Virus record (IMG/VR): IMGVR_UViG_3300009703_002802
From: a virus
Strand: one strand, 5' to 3'
Length of the DNA stretch: 64,000 nt
Below the pieces are notes generated by a model. It saw only the letters and a program-made list of their open reading frames with translations, was not told the origin of the DNA and made no database searches. Made by a program: the position numbers and the translations under genes. Of this stretch, positions 56,286-64,000 are shown piece after piece. The stretch's first letter is position 1. Every line of letters starts with the position of its first letter.

Positions 56286-57238
56286 TAGATTTAAAAGGCT
56301 CAAAAGTATTAGTAACTGGTGGAACTGGTTTTTTTGGGAAGGGCATATGTAAAGCCTTAGAAACTAGAGATGTAGAAGAAATTATAGAAGTCAATTCTGA
56401 TGTTGTAAATCTGATGGATATTGAAGCTACTATAATGTTTTTGGATTCAACCAGACCAGACTATTGCATACACGCCGCTGGATATAACGGCGGCATTGAA
56501 TTTAATAGGATGTATCCTGCTGACATTTTGTACGCAAATACAGTAATGGGATTAAATTTACATCATGCGTGTGAGTATATGAAAGTTAAAAAGGTTCTTT
56601 CTATTATGACTTCTTGCGCCTACCCAGACACAGGCATGGAGTTGTTAAAAGAAGAAACTTTTTGGAATGGACTTCCTAACAAAACAATTAGAGCGCATGG
56701 AATTGCAAAAAGAACATTACAAGCAGCAGCCGAAGCGTATGAAGATCAATACGATTTAAAATCAGTGACTGCTTGTGTAACAAATTTATACGGCCCGCAC
56801 GACACATTTAACTTAGTTAGAACTAAAGTGGTTGGTGCTTTGATAAGAAAATTTGTTGAGGCCGTAATAGAAGAAGACGACGAGGTTGAATGTTGGGGTA
56901 CAGGCGCTCCTATGAGAGAGTTTATGTATGTAGACGATGCCGGTGAAGCAATCGTGCAAGCTTTAGAAAAGTACAACGATAGCTCAACACCTCTAAATAT
57001 TGGAACAGGGAATGATATCAGCATAAAAGAACTTGTTGACTATATAGTATCTGCCGTGGAGTACGAGGGTAACGTTTTTTGGAACACAGAAAAACCTGAC
57101 GGACAAATGAAAAAACTCCTAGATACCTCAAGGATGAAAGAAATAATCGACTTAGAACCAATCGCTGTTAAAGACGGTATAGAAAAAACCATAGAGTGGT
57201 ATATATCAAACAAAGAAAAAGCAGATGCAAAAAATTAA
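56282..57238 (+). CDS. GDP-L-fucose-synthase-like SDR (second copy)
   Basis: VTGGTGFFG, GGIEFN...PADI, TSCAYP, NLYGPHD, WGTGAPMREF, KPDGQMKK. Confidence 0.85.
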   Translation: MIDLKGSKVLVTGGTGFFGKGICKALETRDVEEIIEVNSDVVNLMDIEATIMFLDSTRPDYCIHAAGYNGGIEFNRMYPADILYANTVMGLNLHHACEYMKVKKVLSIMTSCAYPDTGMELLKEETFWNGLPNKTIRAHGIAKRTLQAAAEAYEDQYDLKSVTACVTNLYGPHDTFNLVRTKVVGALIRKFVEAVIEEDDEVECWGTGAPMREFMYVDDAGEAIVQALEKYNDSSTPLNIGTGNDISIKELVDYIVSAVEYEGNVFWNTEKPDGQMKKLLDTSRMKEIIDLEPIAVKDGIEKTIEWYISNKEKADAKN

Positions 57239-57701
57239 TAAAGTTGGTGTAGTTATAGATGACTTAAGCGCCGGTCAGCTATCATACCACATCATAAAAA
57301 ATATAAATAATTATGTAGAAGAAAACTCTACGGACTTTGTTGCGTTCTTTCAAAACTCAACTTCAAACATGATGCCAATGACCTTTTCGTCTATGTGCAT
57401 AAATGAGATTTGGAATTTTGATGGCGCGGCAATAGCGACTTCAGTTTCAACAGCTCTCGCAATATCAAAAACGTTTTCTCCTAGAAGAAAGTATTTTTAC
57501 GTTTGGGATCTAGAGTGGTGCAGAAAAAACGGTAGGGAGTTTGAATACAACGTCCAAGCTTTTAACAAACAAGATATAAATTTAATAGCAAGAAGCGAAG
57601 ATCACGCCAAGGCTATTAAAAACTATTGCAATAGAGACGTTGTCGGTGTTGTAGAAAATTTTAATATCAACAAACTAATGGAAATAATTAATCATGAGTA
57701 A
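57225..57701 (+). CDS. Hypothetical protein, GT-associated
   Basis: YFYVWDLEW; coupled ORF. Confidence 0.6.
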   Translation: MQKINKVGVVIDDLSAGQLSYHIIKNINNYVEENSTDFVAFFQNSTSNMMPMTFSSMCINEIWNFDGAAIATSVSTALAISKTFSPRRKYFYVWDLEWCRKNGREFEYNVQAFNKQDINLIARSEDHAKAIKNYCNRDVVGVVENFNINKLMEIINHE

Positions 57702-58482
57702 TCAATTTTTAGAAAAATACAAAGAGTACATCATAGAACAATATGTAGACCAAAAGAAGAGTACATACGAGATAGCTCAGGATATTGGCACTTACCCAAA
57801 TAAGATCAGAAGAACACTAAACACTTTGGGTGTTGATCTTAGGGATAGGAGTTCTGCGCAAACAGTAGCTATTGAAACCGGAAGGCACGAACATCCCACC
57901 AGAGGGAAAAAACGAACTGAAGCTGAGAAGATAGCTATCAGTAATGGAATGTCTCACTTCTGGGATAACATGGAAGAAACCGAAAGAGAGCGTCGATCAA
58001 AAATTTCTAAAGAGCAATGGGCTTCAATGTCTGAAGAAGACAAGGCAAACCTCAGAAGGCTTGCTGCTGAAGCTGTGCGTAAGGCCAGTAAAGAAGGATC
58101 AAAAATAGAAAAATTTATCTGCGAAGGCTTGACGGGTGCTGGTTATGATGTTATATTTCACAAAAAGGGGCTAATTCCTAACGAAAATATGGAAGTTGAC
58201 TTATTTGTGCCGGGTATTAAAACCGCTATAGAAATAGACGGCCCTGCTCACTTTCTTCCCATTTGGGGAGAAGAAAGCCTACAGAAGCACATCCGTGCAG
58301 ACGCTCAAAAAGCTGGTATGCTTATTAATAGGGGTTACGTTATTCTCCGTGTTAAAAACTTGATTAAAAACATCTCCCAGAAGCGAATGAGAGATATTCT
58401 CAATCAAGTTATTGGGGAGCTTTCAAAAATTGAAAACAAATTTCCCCCTCAGTCAAAAAGACTTATTGAAATAGAAGCATGA
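57694..58482 (+). CDS. Homing-endonuclease-like protein (HTH + NUMOD-like repeats + Vsr/DUF559 nuclease)
   Basis: STYEIAQDIGTYPNKIRR; GKKRTEAEKIAIS; VDLFVP...IEIDGPAH. Confidence 0.7.
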   Translation: MSNQFLEKYKEYIIEQYVDQKKSTYEIAQDIGTYPNKIRRTLNTLGVDLRDRSSAQTVAIETGRHEHPTRGKKRTEAEKIAISNGMSHFWDNMEETERERRSKISKEQWASMSEEDKANLRRLAAEAVRKASKEGSKIEKFICEGLTGAGYDVIFHKKGLIPNENMEVDLFVPGIKTAIEIDGPAHFLPIWGEESLQKHIRADAQKAGMLINRGYVILRVKNLIKNISQKRMRDILNQVIGELSKIENKFPPQSKRLIEIEA

Positions 58483-59333
58483 TAGATTATAATAAAAAAA
58501 ACATTGCAGAACTAAGGCAAATACTGGAAGATCACAACTGTGCGATTCCTAGCGGTGCAAAAAAAGCCGATTTAGTAAAATTAATTGAGGAAATCATGTC
58601 AGAGAATACATTGTTCGACGAAGTCTTTGAAGAGGAATCTTCAGAGCAAGAAATTCAGGAGCAAGATCTAGCTCCGGTAATCGGGTCTCCAGAGTGGAAC
58701 GATTACGTCATGAGTCACTTTCAGTCTAACGAGCTTATAGATGGAAATCCTATTTGCGCTGGTCTTAGGCGTGTTGCTGAGGATTTGTTAGGTGACATTG
58801 TAGAGTCTGGGCCGGTTAAAGTTTTTCCTGCTACAGATAGCAATGGGCCGGGAAGAGCTACTGTTGTTTATCAAGTTATATTCAACTGGGGAAATGCGGG
58901 CGTGTACAAGACCTTTAAGGAGGTCGCTGATGTATGGCATGGAAACACAGATGATCTATTCTGTGCGCATCCTGTAGCTACTGCAAGCACAAGAGCCGAA
59001 GGGAGAGCTTTAAGAAAGGCATTAAAGATTAGATGTCTAGCGGCAGAAGAGCTTGCTAAAAAAGATATTGTGGAGATAGTTCAGCAGGCTGTTTCCACTC
59101 CAAATCAAGATGGTAGAGTTAGTCAACAACAAATTCAGTTTATAGACACTAAGTGTAGCCAGCTTGATATAAATATGTTAGAATTTATAAACATCGGAGA
59201 GAACAAATACAAAAGTATCAATGATGTCGATAAAGATTGTGCTAAGTTGATGATTAAACACCTAAACAATTATCAAAACGGCAATACGGAAATTCCAGAA
59301 TCCATTAAAGGCTATAAGAATTGGAGAAGCTAA
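58479..59333 (+). CDS. HeH/SAP-like domain plus putative single-strand annealing protein
   Basis: IAELRQIL...KKADLVKLI; ATASTRAEGRALRKAL. Confidence 0.5.
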   Translation: MIDYNKKNIAELRQILEDHNCAIPSGAKKADLVKLIEEIMSENTLFDEVFEEESSEQEIQEQDLAPVIGSPEWNDYVMSHFQSNELIDGNPICAGLRRVAEDLLGDIVESGPVKVFPATDSNGPGRATVVYQVIFNWGNAGVYKTFKEVADVWHGNTDDLFCAHPVATASTRAEGRALRKALKIRCLAAEELAKKDIVEIVQQAVSTPNQDGRVSQQQIQFIDTKCSQLDINMLEFINIGENKYKSINDVDKDCAKLMIKHLNNYQNGNTEIPESIKGYKNWRS

Positions 59334-59669
59334 ATGAAAATTAATTACACAAACAGCACTGGAAGAATCAGTGCAGAAATTATTGCAGATACTCAGGTTG
59401 AGGTTTTTGAGCAACTAGCTCATTTTCAAGAAATCTTTGATGAATCTGCTTGTGGCAAATGTGGAAGTGAGAATGTTCGTTTTCAAGTTCGCACAGTAGA
59501 AGATAATCTTTACTACGAACTTCGTTGTTTAGACTGTGGCGCAAAGCTAGCATTTGGAACAATGAAGAAGGGTGGAAGACTGTTTCCACGACGTAAAGAT
59601 AAGGAAGGAAACTGGCTAAACGACCGTGGATGGGTTAAATGGAATCCTGATACACAACAGGAAGAGTAG
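59334..59669 (+). CDS. Zinc-ribbon hypothetical protein
   Basis: CGKC...CLDC. Confidence 0.7.
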   Translation: MKINYTNSTGRISAEIIADTQVEVFEQLAHFQEIFDESACGKCGSENVRFQVRTVEDNLYYELRCLDCGAKLAFGTMKKGGRLFPRRKDKEGNWLNDRGWVKWNPDTQQEE

Positions 59670-59683
59670 TCAGTGGACAAAAG

Positions 59684-59716
59684 AAAAGCCCGTCTCTTAT
59701 GAGTCGGGCTTTTTTT
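59684..59716. terminator. Bidirectional rho-independent terminator
   Basis: AAAAGCCCG.CTC-TTAT-GAG.CGGGCTTTT with T-run on + and A-run upstream, between convergent genes. Confidence 0.85.
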
Positions 59717-59742
59717 GTGAAGTTAGTGGGTGCAATATGGGT

Positions 59743-60453
59743 TTATAGATATTCTAACTCCACGTATAGTCCATATAGGGTTTTACTTCCAACACTGTCT
59801 GGAGATGCAGTAATACCTACATACCAGTCATGCTGTGTGTATTGCCCTGTGTTAGATGAACCATCTCCAGCGAAAATACCACTAGGGCCGGGAGATTGTG
59901 CTAATGGGACGAAAACGCCACTACCACCTACGGTATTAGTACCAGCAGGAAGTCTGTTGCTTGGATTGGGAGAACCCTGAAACGAGCCTTGAGAGTCTGT
60001 TCCAGTGTGAGTTGAACCTCCCCACCAAAGTGCATCTCCAGAACCTTCTATACTATAGGAAGAAGATGGATGTAGAAGTTCGCACGCCCTAGTAATTACA
60101 CCACTAGCTGGGTGATCTTTATTTGTTCTATCGAATATTCTTAATTTACAGTTTTGCGTTCTAACAGCCGTGCTATTTGTAAATCTAATATTAGCTGTTG
60201 CTTTTTCGTTTGGTATGTATCTTAAACCTGTGGCTGGAACTACGCCAGCAGCAAAACCTAGACTGTCTGTTGAATATTTTACATTGTTTGCAGCACCACC
60301 CTGTACAGTACCATTCCCGTCTGTAATAAAGGTTGTGTCTTGAAATTTGTTGATTTCTACCGATGCACCAAAAGAACCACCAAAAAACCCTAACCCAGAT
60401 CCTGACAGGTGATTTACAACTGTGTTACCAGCATAAAAACTTATTGAAGCCAT
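59743..60453 (-). CDS. Gly/Ser/Thr-rich probable virion structural protein
   Basis: 236-aa ORF with GGAG SD, downstream of the GTGTATAAT motif; ends YVELEYL. Confidence 0.65.
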   Translation of the reverse strand: MASISFYAGNTVVNHLSGSGLGFFGGSFGASVEINKFQDTTFITDGNGTVQGGAANNVKYSTDSLGFAAGVVPATGLRYIPNEKATANIRFTNSTAVRTQNCKLRIFDRTNKDHPASGVITRACELLHPSSSYSIEGSGDALWWGGSTHTGTDSQGSFQGSPNPSNRLPAGTNTVGGSGVFVPLAQSPGPSGIFAGDGSSNTGQYTQHDWYVGITASPDSVGSKTLYGLYVELEYL

Positions 60454-60487
60454 ATTTCTCTCTCCTATGGAGGTTATCTACTATAAT

Positions 60488-60496
60488 ATTATACAC
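60488..60496 (-). promoter_or_regulatory. GTGTATAAT motif (copy 4)
   Basis: ATTATACAC on +; 2 nt after the upstream minus-strand stop. Confidence 0.6.
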
Positions 60497-60498
60497 CA

Positions 60499-61074
60499 TT
60501 ATTCAAAAAAGCCTTTTGTTTTCTTTTTCTTCCCATATGGGAACAATTTGTTTAATTTGCTTTGCCTTTCCTTGCATCCACAGTCTTTATCCATAGCGTT
60601 AAATACTGTGTCTACTGCGGCTTTTATTCCAGTAGCTTTAGTTATCTTCGCAACCGTGTCACCCAAACCTCTAGATTCTTTAGGTATATTAGGATCTGAC
60701 ATAAAATAGTCTCTTTCGAGTATTTCTTTATCTTTTTCTTCTTTCTCTTTTTCTATTTTTGTGCCTTCCTTCATGACATTTTCATACATACTTTGCATTG
60801 GGCCTCTGCCCTGTTCCCAAAGATCAAAATAATCTTTTCTCTTTTTGCATAGCTGTACAAGGTCTGGAGTTTTCCAGCATTTATGTCTATCGCAGAATAC
60901 ACCACTAGAACTTTCTTCTGAACTGCACGCACATGGAGTTAGACTACCATTTATAACAACTTCTTCTATATGCGGTAGTTCTCCGTCATCCCCAAAGAAA
61001 CCCTTACTCCTATGAGTAGGAGGCTTGCTTCCATGAGAATTTAACCATTTTTTATTACATCCATTACAGGCCAT
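60499..61074 (-). CDS. Cys-containing hypothetical protein
   Basis: C-terminal GLGDTVAKITKATGI...CGCKERQSKLNKLFPY module seen in many phages. Confidence 0.7.
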   Translation of the reverse strand: MACNGCNKKWLNSHGSKPPTHRSKGFFGDDGELPHIEEVVINGSLTPCACSSEESSSGVFCDRHKCWKTPDLVQLCKKRKDYFDLWEQGRGPMQSMYENVMKEGTKIEKEKEEKDKEILERDYFMSDPNIPKESRGLGDTVAKITKATGIKAAVDTVFNAMDKDCGCKERQSKLNKLFPYGKKKKTKGFFE

Positions 61075-61088
61075 TTTGTATTTCCTTA

Positions 61089-63998
61089 TTAAGCTCTGTC
61101 ATCATTACCAGCGCCTTCTGGGTATTTTGTTCCAAGTTCAGGGTCTACCGGCTCGTGAAAGCCGCCTTCATGCACATCTACTCTTAACAAAGCTTGTGCT
61201 GGGAAACCAAACGGTCTGTTAACATCCATTATGGCTTCTGTGTAAGGTCCATAACCCCTGTTACACGTTTCTTGATTTATATTTCCACAGTCTTCGTCAA
61301 TAATAGGTAAGTAATGATTACAAACCTCATCATTAAAAGTAAATAACCAATTAAGCATTGTAGGCGTGCTAGATTCACCCTGTTTGCAATCGTCAAGCGG
61401 AACTTCTTGTCCTACCTTTATTCTAAACGAACCACCACTTCTACTCCACTGACATCCAAAATATGGGCCAAAGTTACCATCAAAATCTGGTATTGGAGCT
61501 ATGTATTCCATTCCTCTGTATAAGTCTTTTGGCGACCCTAAAGTAACGTGATGTCCAAGATGTGTTAGTGGAACAGGTTCGTTGGTTGCAGCCATTGATT
61601 GTTTGACTAAATCTTCTGTTGTTAACATTTCATCTGGCATTACAACCACAAGATCTCTATCAAAATCGGCATCTGATGAACACTTTGTTACTCCATTAGC
61701 ATCAGCACCAAAAACTCTTATTTGTTCTTCACGTACTGATGTTGGTATAGATCTCCAAGGATTATTTGGGTAGTCAGCATGGCTCTTACTTTTCTCATTA
61801 CAAACTTCATATTTTAGTGTTTTGTCCCATTCTCTTTCATTGACAGCTGGAGACTTGTGTATTGGAGTTGCTTCGTAATGAATCTTAATCTCTGTTGGGC
61901 TAATAACGCTCACTACATGACCACCCTCATAAGATGCTGATGGACATATGCACTGTTCTTCTACAAACTTTCTTTCAAAGGCTGGCGTGCCGAATGCTGG
62001 GACGGCCTTTGAGCTAACACAGAAGTCCTTTCCAAGATTCACTTTAACCCAATCATTTTTTGGATAATCAGCATGGCTTTTGTTTTTCTCGTAACATGTT
62101 TCTGGTTCTTCAATACAGTGTACGCAATTTTGACAATCGCAAGTTTCCATAGTGCTTATGAGTTCATCCAACTTACATAAAGGAGGACAGCCGCCCGATT
62201 TTAGTTTCGTTGGATCTATAGCGTCAAAGTACCATTCACCCCCAAGAACTTCCTCACACATAACTTGATCAACCATTTCCATATCCATTCCAGTAGGAAG
62301 TGGAGATTCAAACATGCCCAGAGTTGAAGACTCCGGCATTCCTGACGAAGGGTGAAGATAAGGAACATTTAAACAAGCAGCCTCTGCATTTTTACCGCCG
62401 CTTATTATTATTCTTTCTCCGTCTCGTAAATCATGCTCGGAGTATGTAGTCAGCTTAGTATATAAAAACTTACGATACCACCAAGCAGTTCTAACCCAAT
62501 AATGATCTTTGTCTCCTTCGCAACTGCTAAGGTCGTTGAGAGGACTAGATGCGTCTACTTTTACGTCTGGATCGGTTGGATCTTTCTTGTTCTTATAACA
62601 CTGCCCTTGCTCATCGCAGTCTTTCTTATTGTCAAATTCTGGATTAGTGCAAAAAGACTGATTGTAATCATATACGTTTTCTACACTTTTAAAGCTAAGC
62701 GACAAGTTTAAATCATTATGATATATAGGAGCAGGTTTAGTTGTGTCAGGATCTCCATTGGCATCTAGTTCGTAATTTGTTTCTATCAACGGAATGTCAC
62801 TAAGGAATACGGCCCTTTTAGGATCTAGTATGTTAGAAAAGGTTGGTGTAAAGCCTCTTCGACTTTCCCTAACAAAGTTTGGTCCAAGATGCTCTAGATG
62901 AAGATCATTAGCTGGACCTCCTTTAGGAACTCTTTGGTCGCTTTGTACTCCGACCGGCCATAGCTTATCGCCATAAGGCCACGGCTCGCTATTTGCAGTA
63001 CCATCTGAGTTTATTGGTCGTTCATAACCACCTGCCATTCTGTACAAGTGATCGTTAAGTACATGCGCTCTACTTTTTAGAACATGAGGATCTCTGACAA
63101 ATATTTCCATATAATCTGATTGATCTTCAGGAGATGTTCCATTTTGTAGGTATGTGTCACTAAACTTATCTGTATCAACGCCCCATCTACCAAAACCATT
63201 CGGGATTGATTTTGCTAATTTTGAACTACCCCTTCTAAACATTTGGTAGTCCATTGCAGGATTTTTACTAAGCTTGTCTCTAGTAGACCCACCGTAAGTT
63301 CCTGTTTCTGCTTCATTTCTATCAGCCATTCCTGTATTTACTACAGTACCTCCTGTCCACCCACAATTATACCTGCTATTTTTTCTAACTACTAGTTTTG
63401 CTATATTTTCGCCTTGACCAGTACCTATAGCGTTATAGGAATCCACCCAATCCATATGGAAAACTTCAAAGTTCTCAGGTTGTTTTCCTCCATGATAATT
63501 TATCCACTTTCCTTCTGGTATTTGAGAGCCTTGAATTCCATAAGGTCCTCCGTGAAGAGTTGAAATATCACTAGCTGTAGCGCATGTTACATAGTTGGCC
63601 GGGTCGTCATAGTGAGACCCATCAGCAATATTTTTATTAAACTCACAACATTCTGTACATGGTAGTTGTGCATCACAATGCATTGGAGAACCAACAACAA
63701 AAGGAGTACTCATACAGTCATGAAAATAAGGCACAGGATTCACAGGTTCGTACCAAGTTCTATTTGTTGGCCCTTTAAAGAATGTGCCTAGATTACCCGT
63801 TTCACTCTCGAAATCTTTTCCAACCCATTTGCTATTTTGACTGCCTATGTCTTCCTTCTCCGGATTAACACCCGCAGATCCACGTCCACTAAACACGCCA
63901 CATTCACTCGCCTCATCAGCTACGACCCATAGGCCAGTACAATCAGGCGTTGCTCCTCCAACAGACGGTTCAGCACAGAACGGATCTAAAATTGCTTC
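61089..63998 (-). CDS. Large Cys-rich protein, probable tail/virion appendage; 5' end beyond window
   Basis: Frame stays open from 63896 to the window edge (EAILDPFCAEPSVGG...), so longer than the 935 aa listed. Confidence 0.75.
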   Translation of the reverse strand, partial: EAILDPFCAEPSVGGATPDCTGLWVVADEASECGVFSGRGSAGVNPEKEDIGSQNSKWVGKDFESETGNLGTFFKGPTNRTWYEPVNPVPYFHDCMSTPFVVGSPMHCDAQLPCTECCEFNKNIADGSHYDDPANYVTCATASDISTLHGGPYGIQGSQIPEGKWINYHGGKQPENFEVFHMDWVDSYNAIGTGQGENIAKLVVRKNSRYNCGWTGGTVVNTGMADRNEAETGTYGGSTRDKLSKNPAMDYQMFRRGSSKLAKSIPNGFGRWGVDTDKFSDTYLQNGTSPEDQSDYMEIFVRDPHVLKSRAHVLNDHLYRMAGGYERPINSDGTANSEPWPYGDKLWPVGVQSDQRVPKGGPANDLHLEHLGPNFVRESRRGFTPTFSNILDPKRAVFLSDIPLIETNYELDANGDPDTTKPAPIYHNDLNLSLSFKSVENVYDYNQSFCTNPEFDNKKDCDEQGQCYKNKKDPTDPDVKVDASSPLNDLSSCEGDKDHYWVRTAWWYRKFLYTKLTTYSEHDLRDGERIIISGGKNAEAACLNVPYLHPSSGMPESSTLGMFESPLPTGMDMEMVDQVMCEEVLGGEWYFDAIDPTKLKSGGCPPLCKLDELISTMETCDCQNCVHCIEEPETCYEKNKSHADYPKNDWVKVNLGKDFCVSSKAVPAFGTPAFERKFVEEQCICPSASYEGGHVVSVISPTEIKIHYEATPIHKSPAVNEREWDKTLKYEVCNEKSKSHADYPNNPWRSIPTSVREEQIRVFGADANGVTKCSSDADFDRDLVVVMPDEMLTTEDLVKQSMAATNEPVPLTHLGHHVTLGSPKDLYRGMEYIAPIPDFDGNFGPYFGCQWSRSGGSFRIKVGQEVPLDDCKQGESSTPTMLNWLFTFNDEVCNHYLPIIDEDCGNINQETCNRGYGPYTEAIMDVNRPFGFPAQALLRVDVHEGGFHEPVDPELGTKYPEGAGNDDRA

Positions 63999-64000
63999 CT

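Noticed and set aside
361-57024. Numerous 60-220 aa antisense and alternate-frame ORFs in the track
   Set aside because: They lie wholly within well-supported genes, lack SDs or motifs, and are expected shadows of coding sequence
1-64000. Stop-codon reassignment, tRNA genes, integrase
   Set aside because: The standard code gives dense coding with TAA, TAG and TGA all at sensible gene ends; intergenic gaps are short and show no cloverleaf; no recombinase motif seen

Overview
AT-rich, densely coded 64 kb segment of a large tailed-phage (jumbo-type) genome in the standard genetic code. Many gene junctions are overlapping TAATG/ATGA couplings. About 59.7 kb is on the + strand and converges at a bidirectional terminator with a minus-strand block of probable virion genes. 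Order: ClpP, sigma factor and degenerate DeoC; small membrane/secreted and probable head-associated genes; M19 dipeptidase; two thioredoxins; a small glyco-cluster; nucleotide metabolism (dCMP deaminase, class II RNR, dUTPase, PhoH); a bacterial-type replisome (RecA, DnaB, DnaG, dNMP kinase, Cas4-like nuclease, intein-less split DnaE with DnaQ between the halves, SSB); a second sigma factor; and a 32-ORF, ~27.5 kb glycan biosynthesis/modification cluster. I saw no tRNA, rRNA, CRISPR array, integrase or reverse transcriptase. Most striking observations: (1) a 36-nt/12-aa in-frame cassette Y[LI]RYSGGKPDPQ shared by the DnaE C-half and an unrelated glycosyltransferase; (2) a C-terminal QLSLF beta-clamp motif on dCMP deaminase; (3) switch-like RNA leaders before nrdJ and a holin-like gene; (4) a GTGTATAAT motif found only at gene junctions; (5) a phage-encoded N-formyl amino-sugar pathway. 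All protein calls come from motif recognition by eye; no database searches were run.
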